This document shows, one piece after another, positions 30,021 through 39,682 of a DNA stretch of 64,000 bases (within the stretch, counting starts at the first letter, position 1; every line of letters begins with the position of its first letter). Origin of the DNA: Verrucomicrobiota bacterium (GTDB lineage Bacteria > Verrucomicrobiota > Verrucomicrobiia > Limisphaerales > SIBE01); the NCBI GenBank assembly GCA_016209525.1, contig JACQWK010000590.1, positions 382 through 64,381 on the forward strand, written 5' to 3'. The notes under the pieces were generated by a model. That model ran no database searches, was not told where the DNA came from, and worked only from the letters and a program-made list of their open reading frames with translations. A program made the position numbers and the translations under genes.

Positions 30021-32246
30021 CTATACCGCGGTAGTTTGGGTAACGTTGACAGTCACCTCACTGGTGAGAAACCCGCCGCGATCGTCATCTTTTGCCATTT
30101 CCACCAGGCTGCTGGGATTGCCCGTCTGCATCGAAAGTACCGTGTCGAAATCGATTCCATTGGTGTTGAATGCAGCGATGCCGCTGCTTGGCGCTTTCCA
30201 GGCAAACCAACTGGGTCCGCTGGCGCTGGTCAATGACTCGAGCGCAAGCGCGCGGCCCTCCGAAGGTGTGGTGCTTCCGCCGTCGAAAGTTCCGTCGCCC
30301 AATGTGATCATTTGGCTCAATGCGGGCGAGTTCGCTGACGGAATTCGTGGCAGGACAAGCGCCAAACTTGCGGGATCGCTGGTTGCTGCGCCGGCCAGGT
30401 TGTCGGCGACAACGCTGCAAGAACCGACAGGTTGGGAGCCTGTCCGTCCTCCAAAGACCAGAAGCTCAGTGCCCGTCCAGGCCGCTGTCGCGCCAGCGCG
30501 GGGTTGCGGATTCCCGGTGGTACTAAGCGGGCGCCATTTTCCGGATGCGGGATTAAAGGCTGATCCCGAAGCGGCGAACCCGAAGGAAGTTTCGCCTCCT
30601 AGGATGATCATTTCTTGTCCAGTCCAGACGGCGCTGTGAGCTCTTCGGGGTGCCGGCGCATCCAACGCAGGGAGCGGTTCCCAAGTATTGGAAACGGGAT
30701 CATAACTTGCGCCGTCGCCTAACAATTCGCCGCTGCTTTGGCCACCCCACACGATCATGCGTTGTCCGGTCCACACTGCGGTGTGCTCAGACCGGCTGGA
30801 GGGAGCGTTGGCGGTGCTGACCGAAAGCCACTCGGAGGGTGTACCGTTCGAAGAAAAGAGCAGACGCGCTCCAGAGCCGAGCACACCCCCGCTCCCTTCG
30901 CCACCCCAGATGACGGCGCTGTTACCGGTCCAAATCATGGTGGAACCAAACCGAGCGGATGGTCCGCCGGCCACACTCACTGGGCTCCACTGGTCGGCGG
31001 CGGGGTCATAAAGGAAAAAATCCCCTAGTGGTCCGTCGGCATTGCGTCCGCCCCAAATCAGCATTCGACTTCCCGTCCACACAGCCGAGTGGCCGTCTCG
31101 GCTAATCGGCGCGCCGGTGACGGACGTGGGCAGCCAATCTTGGGAACTGGAATTGAATCGCGCTCCGGTCCGCAAGTAGCCGTCAGGTGAAAAGCCACCC
31201 CAGACGATCATATCTTGTCCAGTCCAGATCGCACTGTGGCCGGCGCGAGCCGATGGCGCGCCATCGCTTGAGATCGAACTCCACTGGTTGAGGCCAGGAT
31301 GATAGACCGCTCCCGATCCCGAGAAGAGGCCTGGGCCGGGAATTCCTCCCCACACGATCAGTTCCTGGCCCGTCCAGACGGCCGAATGGGTGTGCCGCGG
31401 GGAGGCGGCGCCCGTCGGCGAGCCGCTGACCCAGCCAAACGGAGCAATCGTGGTGAACGGCTGAAATCCCTTGGAAATGAGCGCGTCACTGGCAGCGTCG
31501 GGAGAGGCCAAGGTCAGGCCCGAAGGAATCAAAGTTTCGATGGCGTTGAGTCGGTTTGAGAGAGCCGTGAGTACTTCAAGGGCTCTTGGGGCCAGCTTCT
31601 CAGGTGTGATCGCTCCATCGGGGACACCGGCTGCCATGATGGCGTATCCAACCGACGCGACTCGCTGGTCGGGCACCAGGCGCTCAAAGCCCTTGGAGCC
31701 GTCATTGAACCACACTCGGAGATAGACCGCGTTATTGTTGAAGACCGCCAAACTGAGCGGCGCCATGTTCGGCAAGCTCGTGTCTCCTAATTGCACCGAG
31801 AACAGTCCGCGGCTAACGGTCAGAGATAGCGGTTGGTCGGGTTCGCCATCCCCGTTGGCATCCGCATGATTCAGCCAATAAACCTCGGAGCCACTCGCAT
31901 TGACGAGAGCCAGTTTGAATTGCCCTTGTCCGTCAAAATCATCACGGCCTACTGCAATGCGGCCCTGGTAATTGATTAAGGCGGGCACTTGAGCGTCCGC
32001 CGTGACGCCCAGCAGCCAAATTAGCGACGCCAGAACTGTGAGGGATCGTCTCACATGAATGGCTGGATTGGGGGACTTGGCGATGACACACACGGTTTTG
32101 ATGTGACTCATCTTCCAATGAATTCGCTGAGTTGCCGACGAACTTCGCTGTGCTGCCTGGAACTGGAGTCGCTGACGTATCACAATAACCGTTTCCAGGT
32201 CAAGCCGATTCATCGACCGATTCACGGCCACAGGGCGTTTTGACAC
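30021..32246 (-). CDS. Secreted Kelch-repeat protein with chimeric/degenerate C-terminus; start uncertain
   Basis: QVPALINYQGR N-domain, ~7 x H(S/T)AVWTG..MI(V)WGG repeats; tail resembles Ig and PPC-like fragments. Confidence 0.75.
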   Translation of the reverse strand: MSKRPVAVNRSMNRLDLETVIVIRQRLQFQAAQRSSSATQRIHWKMSHIKTVCVIAKSPNPAIHVRRSLTVLASLIWLLGVTADAQVPALINYQGRIAVGRDDFDGQGQFKLALVNASGSEVYWLNHADANGDGEPDQPLSLTVSRGLFSVQLGDTSLPNMAPLSLAVFNNNAVYLRVWFNDGSKGFERLVPDQRVASVGYAIMAAGVPDGAITPEKLAPRALEVLTALSNRLNAIETLIPSGLTLASPDAASDALISKGFQPFTTIAPFGWVSGSPTGAASPRHTHSAVWTGQELIVWGGIPGPGLFSGSGAVYHPGLNQWSSISSDGAPSARAGHSAIWTGQDMIVWGGFSPDGYLRTGARFNSSSQDWLPTSVTGAPISRDGHSAVWTGSRMLIWGGRNADGPLGDFFLYDPAADQWSPVSVAGGPSARFGSTMIWTGNSAVIWGGEGSGGVLGSGARLLFSSNGTPSEWLSVSTANAPSSRSEHTAVWTGQRMIVWGGQSSGELLGDGASYDPVSNTWEPLPALDAPAPRRAHSAVWTGQEMIILGGETSFGFAASGSAFNPASGKWRPLSTTGNPQPRAGATAAWTGTELLVFGGRTGSQPVGSCSVVADNLAGAATSDPASLALVLPRIPSANSPALSQMITLGDGTFDGGSTTPSEGRALALESLTSASGPSWFAWKAPSSGIAAFNTNGIDFDTVLSMQTGNPSSLVEMAKDDDRGGFLTSEVTVNVTQTTAV

Positions 32247-32414
32247 TGAACGGGGGATGGGAAGGGACAGCGCGCCTCCGATGTCCGCGCTGCGTTCAGT
32301 AGCACAACTGGAACGCCTTTACTGGCTGCGGGAATTGAGTTCTGCCTGCTGCACGCGGACGGGGACGCTGGGAGCCCGGCGTCCCTGCTATTCGGGCATT
32401 GTCAAGATGCGCCT

Positions 32415-32921
32415 TCACGGCCGCCGCGGCGTTCGAGGGAGCGGGAGCACTTCGCCGACATTAGTTTCGGGAGGCTGATAGACACCAGGACCCACTCCAG
32501 CGAGCGGATCGCGCGTCTGGTGGTTCTGCCAGGCGCGGTAACTCCAAACGGTCAAAGTCAAAATCAAGCCGCAGCCAACGACACCAACGGCCAGCGGCCA
32601 ATTGACTTTTGAAATCCGGAGCATGAGCGTGTCCACCGCTCCCTGCTTCTTGCCCATGAGACTGGAAGGTTCCCGGAATTCTTCGATCGCGGAGAGTTCC
32701 AGATCCAGGTCGGCCATGAGTTTCGAGGCGTCCAACTTGAGAAGATTGGCATAACTCCTGACGAAACCACGGATGTAAACCGGCGCCGCGAACATTCGGT
32801 AATTGCCTTCTTCCAAGGCTCGAACATGATCGGTCCGGATCTTGGTCGCTGCCGCCACATCGTAAACCGAAAGCTTGCGCTTCTCCCGCGCTTCCCGGAG
32901 TTGATCCGCCACGGTTGGCAT
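32415..32921 (-). CDS. RodZ-like HTH membrane protein
   Basis: TVADQLREARE..LS..DVA..TKIR..ALEEG..YIRGFVRSYA..LKLD plus TM. Confidence 0.85.
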   Translation of the reverse strand: MPTVADQLREAREKRKLSVYDVAAATKIRTDHVRALEEGNYRMFAAPVYIRGFVRSYANLLKLDASKLMADLDLELSAIEEFREPSSLMGKKQGAVDTLMLRISKVNWPLAVGVVGCGLILTLTVWSYRAWQNHQTRDPLAGVGPGVYQPPETNVGEVLPLPRTPRRP

Positions 32922-33066
32922 TCGTTCGTTAGTAACGGTATTTCGGCCGGCTTAGCAATCCTCGAATTGTCCACGAAAGCGCGCCAACCGTAGAATGCTG
33001 CATTGGCTTAAGACAAGATCAAAACGGTGAAGGATGGCCCGCAACAATTCTCACCTTGGTCTGTAT

Positions 33067-33120
33067 GGAATTCCGGCTCTATCCGGTCAACGCGCGCGAG
33101 CCGACTAAAGCCGGGACTAC
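33067..33120. repeat. Short REP doublet (family D)
   Basis: GGAATTCCGGCTCTATCCGG ... CCGACTAAAGCCGGGACTAC; relative at 43978-44023. Confidence 0.6.
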
Positions 33121-33378
33121 GAAGGCTTCGCGGTTGGCGCCTGCGCCATAGCGAGGATTGCTCGATGGCCCACGAACGAGACAGGCTGCCTGTCGATTGT
33201 CCATTTTTGAGACAATGCCCGCGTCAAATACGCCCTTCTCGGCCGGGCAAGTCAGCCGGCGTAAAGCAAAGGAGACAAGTCTATTGCTGGACAGAACGGA
33301 GTCAGCCTGTTACATTGACGGCACCATAGGGAGTCGTTTGGCACTGGAGCTGCGACGTTCGGCAAGCGTTTTCGTATT

Positions 33379-35385
33379 ATGGAGAGTCCAGCAGTTATCG
33401 AGCACCCTGCTGCGCTTAGTCCTTCTGGGGAAGTGGGCACATCGGGTCAGCGAACATTAGTATTTGTCACAGGCCTTATTCGCGGGAGTAAAGCCGAAGA
33501 AAACGCCCGATCCTTCACTTACCGGCACGCCGAGCTTGTCCGCGAAATATTGGAGCAATTTGAACAAGGGAAGGAGCTTGGCCGATTCGAGAATTCGCTG
33601 CTGATCCTCTTCCCTGAGCCGGCGCTTGCGGTTCGTTTTTCACTCAAACTTCAGGTTGCTATCCGCGCGCTGGCGGACGAGGCGCATCAGCCAATCTTCG
33701 AGCAAGAGGCCCTCCTTGTCGTGCCGGCTGCGGCCGCGGAGGAACCGGACTCCGAGCCGACAGCGAGCGCCTACGAAGGGCATGTCCCAGCTTGCCGTTC
33801 CTTGGCGGGTTTGACCAAAGGCAATCAGATTTTGCTCACCGCACCGGCTTTCGACCATGCTCGCTGCCAGCTCAAGAAAGAGGAGCTTAAGGAATTCGGA
33901 GCCCTGCTCTGGCTGTCGCACGGCCTTTGTCAGGTTCCGGGGATTGAATCGCCGGTTGAGATTTGCGAAATCCGCGAGCCCGGTGATGGATCGACTAATC
34001 CTCCCGCCGGATTGGTAAAGGCCGGAGCGGAAGTTCCGGGTCAGGAGAACATCGTTTTGGGCTGGCGTCCGGCGCCGGGCGCGACGATTCCAGGGACCCG
34101 CAACGTCTTGGAAGGAAAACTGGCGGATGGCCGCTTTGGCGAAGATTGGTCGGGCGGCGATCCATCCGTGAAAGAAAAGCGGATGTTTCAATTCTGTTTC
34201 CGTTCGGACTGGGTGCGGATGCTGAAGGAGAAAGAGGCGGTCTTTCAATCCGTCAAACAAAAGTTGGGCCAGCAACGGAACGTTCTTGCAGTTCAGGCAG
34301 TGTCTTTCGATCAGCCCCCTTTCTACATCTGCTCTGAGCTCTTCGAGGGCAAGGATCTGTTGAGTTGGGCCCAAGGAGTCGGCGGCGCCCCCGCCATCCC
34401 GTTTGCGACGCGCCTGGAGATCGTCGCCCAGGCCGCCACCGGTCTGCAAGCTGCGCACGAAGGAAAATTGCTCCACCTCGATTTGAGTCCGGAACACATT
34501 CTTGTGGCAGGTTCGGGCGCTACTCTGAAAGATGTCCAGGTCAAGTTGACGAATTTCGCCGTCGGCCACGTGGGACGAACTGCGCAACCGACGGCTCCCA
34601 GCCCCTCGAGTGAAGCGCCCGCAGCACCTGCCGGTGGAACTCCGCCCGTCTCGCCGGCAGACTTGTATAAGGCTCCCGAGGTAATTGCAGGAAACCCTCC
34701 AACGGCTAAGTCGGAAGTGTACTCGCTGGGGATCATCTTGTGCCAATTGATTCTGGGCAATTTATCCGAACCCGTCGCTCCGGAGCGGATCAAGGAAATA
34801 CTGACCGGGTTGAAACGGGAAGGCATGCTTGGCTTATTCGCCGCCAATCCGCAGGAACGGGCCGAGGGAGCGGGACGACTGGCGGGCGATCTTCGAGCCG
34901 TAATTAAGGAGCGCGAGAGCCGCACCGGGCCCGCCGCCGTCACGCGGCGCCGCATGTTTCAAACGGTCGCATCGATCGTGATGGGAGTCGTATCGCTGAC
35001 GATCCTGTCGATTTACGGCCCAAAGTACTTGCGGCGGCGAAAAGCCGCGGCGAAAGAGAATTTGAACAAACCGGACAAAAAGCCCGATCCGAAGAAAAAG
35101 CGATCTGGAGAAGAGGACTCGTCCGGAAGCTCAGTGACTTCCGAAGAATCGCGTGATGCAGGCACTGAGGCCAAGGAGGGCGAAGAGGAGAGCAATGCGC
35201 TCAAGACAACCAGCCGGCCGGCGTCTGCGGTTCGTGAAAAAAAGAAGGAAGAGGTTAAGGAGTCCGCGGAGATGCTTTTTAAACTGATCATTCTTCCGAT
35301 TGCGGTCGTCGTGTTGCTTGGCACTGTGGTCCAGCAGGTCGTGCCGATGATCAAGAAACACCTCAACAAAGGCTCCTCTTCTTAG
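33379..35385 (+). CDS. Degenerate class III cyclase-like domain + Ser/Thr pseudokinase + two TMs
   Basis: GNQILLT cyclase motif; kinase motifs altered: DGRFGEDW, MFQFC, HLDLSPEHIL, TNFA, YKAPE, SEVYSLG. Confidence 0.75.
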   Translation: MESPAVIEHPAALSPSGEVGTSGQRTLVFVTGLIRGSKAEENARSFTYRHAELVREILEQFEQGKELGRFENSLLILFPEPALAVRFSLKLQVAIRALADEAHQPIFEQEALLVVPAAAAEEPDSEPTASAYEGHVPACRSLAGLTKGNQILLTAPAFDHARCQLKKEELKEFGALLWLSHGLCQVPGIESPVEICEIREPGDGSTNPPAGLVKAGAEVPGQENIVLGWRPAPGATIPGTRNVLEGKLADGRFGEDWSGGDPSVKEKRMFQFCFRSDWVRMLKEKEAVFQSVKQKLGQQRNVLAVQAVSFDQPPFYICSELFEGKDLLSWAQGVGGAPAIPFATRLEIVAQAATGLQAAHEGKLLHLDLSPEHILVAGSGATLKDVQVKLTNFAVGHVGRTAQPTAPSPSSEAPAAPAGGTPPVSPADLYKAPEVIAGNPPTAKSEVYSLGIILCQLILGNLSEPVAPERIKEILTGLKREGMLGLFAANPQERAEGAGRLAGDLRAVIKERESRTGPAAVTRRRMFQTVASIVMGVVSLTILSIYGPKYLRRRKAAAKENLNKPDKKPDPKKKRSGEEDSSGSSVTSEESRDAGTEAKEGEEESNALKTTSRPASAVREKKKEEVKESAEMLFKLIILPIAVVVLLGTVVQQVVPMIKKHLNKGSSS

Positions 35386-35390
35386 ACAGA

Positions 35391-36794
35391 TCATTGCAAT
35401 TCCTTGAGCATCGCGACGCATGCATCCGCAATCCGCTCGCCGGTGCCCGGCTCTGCAAAGCTGTGGAAACCCGTCCAGACCTGGTAGCCGCCCAGTTTGT
35501 GAGCGTCCAGGTCGGGAAGGTAGCCGATCCAATCGTTCGCTAATTCGGCGACATAGGTATGCCGGAAAGGCGAGCGGTTCTTGATGTCGAGGCCGAGCTT
35601 CGTGAAGTATTCCGCCGGAACCCCTACGATGGCGACATCCCCGATCAACATCACCTGCAGCCACGTTTCACGCTCTCGGCCTTGTTGAGGAGCCAAGGAT
35701 TTCCTCATGTCCCGAAACACTTCGATGACTCGTTCGCCATACGTCCCAACCCACTTCCGGCAATAGCGGACTACCGCTTCATCCTCCTTGGCTTCCTCGA
35801 ACGACCGGACTTTGAACTTGAACGGACGCTTCAGAGAGGCCAGCCGCAGGACCGGTTTGTGCTTGGCTTCTGCCAAGCCATCGCGGACGGCTTTCTTGAT
35901 GCGCTCGGTCATTTCGGCTCCATTTAACGTCAGGTTGTGCGTCGATCCGGAGGCTCCTTCCAGAAAACAGAACGTGCCTCCAAGCTCCGCTTCAAGATCC
36001 TGAGACGCCAGACCGTAGAACGAAGGGGATCGCTTGCCCGGCTGTCGCGGGCCAATGCTGTGCGTCGAATGATTGAAGAGGGCAGCCCGCAGTTTGTCGG
36101 ACGAATCTCGAAAGGCCAGAAGCGGGAGTTCGGGATCGAACGGTCCGGTCGGACGAACGAACTGATCGCGCGGACCCACCCAGTAAATCTGGCCGTCCGA
36201 AAGCAACTGCCGGCTGTTCTGGCCGACCGTTTTTTCCTCCCCGAGGTGAAAATAGAGCCGGCAATCCTCACGCGAAAGATTGGCATTGGCCTGCGTCACG
36301 GCCTTGACGATGCCACGCTGGACACGTTGAGCGAACGTTTTGTCCAGTCCGTAACCGTGCACCACCAAAGTGCTCGGCGCATGGTGTGTGTGCGTGGCGT
36401 TGATCAAAATATTGGATCTCGGAATACCTGTTGAGGTTTCGATTTCGATGGCAACAGGATCCAACCAGTCACGAGTGATCATCAGAATATCACAGGCGAC
36501 GATCGCAATCTTGGCTTGTTGCGGCTTTTGCAGAACCACGGCGACCGCGCGCAGTTTGCCTTCTTGTCCCGTGACCTTTCCTGGGGTGATCCCGCCCGCG
36601 ATGATCATCGAGTCGTCCGCCTCGAATTCGGCTTCGGCTGCACCCACTCTGACGCCGTCGGCGTGTGATTCGGCACCAAGGACAGCCTCCCGTCCGCTGC
36701 CAGCGAAAACCTGCCGATCGCCGGCAGAGACCGAAATCGCCAAGAACAAGAACGTGAAGCCGAGGACGATGGCGAGACGAGTGCGATGGATCAT
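35391..36794 (-). CDS. Secreted neutral/alkaline ceramidase-like protein
   Basis: Signal peptide, LRAVAVVL, INATHTHHAP, GPFDPE, VPAEYF, ELANDWIGYLP. Confidence 0.75.
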   Translation of the reverse strand: MIHRTRLAIVLGFTFLFLAISVSAGDRQVFAGSGREAVLGAESHADGVRVGAAEAEFEADDSMIIAGGITPGKVTGQEGKLRAVAVVLQKPQQAKIAIVACDILMITRDWLDPVAIEIETSTGIPRSNILINATHTHHAPSTLVVHGYGLDKTFAQRVQRGIVKAVTQANANLSREDCRLYFHLGEEKTVGQNSRQLLSDGQIYWVGPRDQFVRPTGPFDPELPLLAFRDSSDKLRAALFNHSTHSIGPRQPGKRSPSFYGLASQDLEAELGGTFCFLEGASGSTHNLTLNGAEMTERIKKAVRDGLAEAKHKPVLRLASLKRPFKFKVRSFEEAKEDEAVVRYCRKWVGTYGERVIEVFRDMRKSLAPQQGRERETWLQVMLIGDVAIVGVPAEYFTKLGLDIKNRSPFRHTYVAELANDWIGYLPDLDAHKLGGYQVWTGFHSFAEPGTGERIADACVAMLKELQ

Positions 36795-37062
36795 ATCACG
36801 GGCTTTGTAGCGCAGTTCGCACGCGGATGGAATGTCCTTTTTCTGGGCAGCGGTGTTCCGGTTCTTGGCATCCCGCTGAGTCGCCTTCGTGAATTTTGCG
36901 CAGTTTTCTGGGGGAAGAGAGTTGGCATGCCTTCTGCATCCTCGGGTAATTACACAGCGCGTTCACAGCGATACTTGTTCGAGTCGGCGGAGCGTTACAG
37001 GTGGAATGTGACGCGAGACTCGGAGCATACGCATAGAATCTCAGTAAGAAGCGACCGAAGAC

Positions 37063-37461
37063 ATGCAAAACATTCAGGACTTGCAGGAATTGACCGATTA
37101 CATACGCAAGACGCTCCCGCAATCGAACTCGATTTCCAATATCAATGCCAACCAGCAAGCCGGAGTGGTTGAGTTCGGCTGGCAGTCCCGGCATTTCGTC
37201 GTCAAACCCTCGCTCGAAGTGATGGAACTCAAAGGCAAGAGCCTCTTCATCACCGGGGCCTCGATGCTGATGCAGGCCGCCTTCATGAAACGGAGTTCGA
37301 ACGAGAAAGTGGTCGAAACCGTCGTCACCACGTTGCAGCAAGTCGAGGACACGATCCGGCGCGACCGGGAACGCGCCCTAGCGCTGCTGCAGACCGTGAA
37401 ACAGACGTTGGCCCGCTTGGCTGGAAAAGATTTGCAGCTCGCAAGAGGGCTCCGCCGCTGA
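37063..37461 (+). CDS. Hypothetical protein
   Basis: 132-aa ORF with coding-like composition filling the gap. Confidence 0.65.
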   Translation: MQNIQDLQELTDYIRKTLPQSNSISNINANQQAGVVEFGWQSRHFVVKPSLEVMELKGKSLFITGASMLMQAAFMKRSSNEKVVETVVTTLQQVEDTIRRDRERALALLQTVKQTLARLAGKDLQLARGLRR

Positions 37462-37881
37462 GTCCCAGCCGCATCTCCCACCGATTGATCTTTGTCGGTG
37501 TGTCATTTTTGTTCTCTTGTGGGACTGGTCAGCCGAAAGCCTCTTCGTTCCATTGATCTCCCGCACAAGGCTAATGCATGCTGGCTTCGTGGCGGTCAAA
37601 GGCGCCCGCGCGAAACAGGGAATAAATATGGCGATGAGCAGACAAATAACCGGAATTCCGAAAATCAGAAATTTGATGATTTTGACATACCCCGGGTAAG
37701 TCGCTTAGACAGACGTTAGCGACCTCCGTCTGACAAGGACGGTGGAGCGCAAGAACCACTCCCGAACTGCCGCCCAGCGTTGGGTGGAGAAGAGTGGCGG
37801 CGATTCTTTCGACCGATTTTGTTAGCCTGTTGATGGCTCAATACCGACTGCACAGCAACTTTTCTCTGGAGGCGTGTCGAG

Positions 37882-38481
37882 CTAAGCGAGCAGGCTGCGC
37901 GGAAGTTCTGCTAGCCGCCTGTCGTGTTGGGCGGACGCTAGGCGATACAGGTTGTTGGCGTGGGTCAGGCGGTTTCGGTTGGTGAACAAGTAAACCGAAA
38001 CGCCCTCGCGGATGGCCCAAACCAGGCCGCACTTGTGAACGCGGTAATACCACTGAACAATATAGGGAAAAAGGATCAAGCCAATACCGAGGGTAAAAAC
38101 CAACGCCAAAAGAATATAGAGGATGCAGACCACGTAAAGGCCCAACAGTCCGGGTTGATAAACGATGCCGCTGTTGTGGTGCTCCAGCAGGCCATCCTGA
38201 TACACGACTTCGCCCCAAGGGCCAACCATCATGGAGCAAATCCGCCGGTTGGTGAGGCAGGCGAAGCTGTGGCGACCAACCCACCACAAACCTTGAACGC
38301 CGAGATACTCGGCGAACAACAATTCTTCATCCACTGGGATGAATTGACGGAACATGGTTTGAATTGCCTCAGCCTCGTCCTGTTTGGCGCGGCTCAGGAG
38401 GCTAGATTCGATGCGAATCTGTCCGCCTCTAGTGTCATCCGGACCGGCTGTGGTGGATTCTGGAATGTTCGTATTGTTCAT
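37882..38481 (-). CDS. Hypothetical membrane protein (PH-like LTNRR motif, TM hairpin)
   Basis: 22 bp downstream of TIR gene; hydrophobic LYVVCILYILLALVFTLGIGLILFPY. Confidence 0.7.
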   Translation of the reverse strand: MNNTNIPESTTAGPDDTRGGQIRIESSLLSRAKQDEAEAIQTMFRQFIPVDEELLFAEYLGVQGLWWVGRHSFACLTNRRICSMMVGPWGEVVYQDGLLEHHNSGIVYQPGLLGLYVVCILYILLALVFTLGIGLILFPYIVQWYYRVHKCGLVWAIREGVSVYLFTNRNRLTHANNLYRLASAQHDRRLAELPRSLLA

Positions 38482-38503
38482 GGTTTGTTTCGTTGTGATG
38501 GGT

Positions 38504-39052
38504 TTACGGTTCTTCGGCCAGGAGTTTTCTGAGCCAAGTGACCAACCTGTTACCGCTTCGCCACCGCCACTCGTCCGGAGCGATTTCCTGGAACTGCCGC
38601 TCCGCGGTAGCCCACTGCTCGGTGGTTTCCGGTTGAGTTTCCGGTCGATCCATGCCCAGCAACCCTTGGACAGCGGCGCCCAGTTTCTGAAGGTGTTGTT
38701 CTAGCGGTGGATTGATGGCGTCCAGCCAATGCTCGGCACTCAGGAAGTATTCGAGATCCTTGTTCGGAACGATATCTTCGATCCGAAACGGGATCACAGG
38801 TACACCCTTGGCTACAGCGCGCTCGACCTCCTTGGCGACGTGACGGGACAGGTTGGCTTGGTTACTCAGGATCACCACCATGACTCGCGTATCGTTGATG
38901 GCGTGAAGGATTGCGGCACCGTAGGAAGTCCCCGGCTGAATGTCCCGCGGTGCAATCCAGCAACGCAAACCGCGCTGTTCCAGCCGTGCACACATCGCGT
39001 CAGCCACTCTTTTGTCGCGCGAAGCATGTGAGATGAACACCTCGTGGCTCAT
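38504..39052 (-). CDS. Stand-alone TIR domain protein
   Basis: VFISHASRD, CWIAPRDI.PG, SRHVAKEVERA (catalytic Glu), VIPFRIE, HWLDA. Confidence 0.9.
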   Translation of the reverse strand: MSHEVFISHASRDKRVADAMCARLEQRGLRCWIAPRDIQPGTSYGAAILHAINDTRVMVVILSNQANLSRHVAKEVERAVAKGVPVIPFRIEDIVPNKDLEYFLSAEHWLDAINPPLEQHLQKLGAAVQGLLGMDRPETQPETTEQWATAERQFQEIAPDEWRWRSGNRLVTWLRKLLAEEP

Positions 39053-39465
39053 TTCAGGAGTTTCTGATTCCAACCGTCGCCACCGTCTGGGAAGAGTCGG
39101 CGAGTGTTTTTGGGTGAGATCGCATGACGATTAAGGTGGGCTAGACAGTCTGGCTCGCCATGAAGCGAGTAAGGGTGTCTGTTCTCCGAAGGCGTGGATT
39201 ACCTCTCAACACGTGTCGGGTGGCCCAGCCGCATCTATGGTCGAGAATAACCTCAAACCGAGAAAGGAAAACAGACACCATGAAAACTTACATACTCCGT
39301 GACCCCAATCCCGTCCAGCCTCAAAACAACTCGTTGCTTTCCCGCGGTGCGTCTCCGAGTTGTTCGTAACGCCGGCTTTTGGGGCCGGCCAGTTGCGAGG
39401 TCTCTCGACCTCGTGGCCCATGCAGCCGGAATGGCTCGGATCTTTCCGACAGGAATGTCGGCGTC

Positions 39466-39612
39466 GTAGCGGTGGCCAGCCTGGCTGCCGTGGAGGGCGT
39501 GCAGCTTGCCGCCCGGTCCGCGGCGTGAAACGCTAAGATGGCCTCAGTTTCGCGCCCAAGCCCCGCCGGGCAGGATGCCCGGCTCCACGGCAGGCGAGAC
39601 GCCCGCAGCTAC
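39466..39612. repeat. Family B REPIN, intergenic
   Basis: GTAGCGGTGGCCAGCCTGGCTGCCGTGGAGGGC ... CACGGCAGGCGAGACGCCCGCAGCTAC. Confidence 0.85.
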
Positions 39613-39682
39613 GAACAAATCAGAGATGCGCCACAAATGAACCGATAACCGTTTCTTGGATTGAATTCCGCGCCGGGGATGG

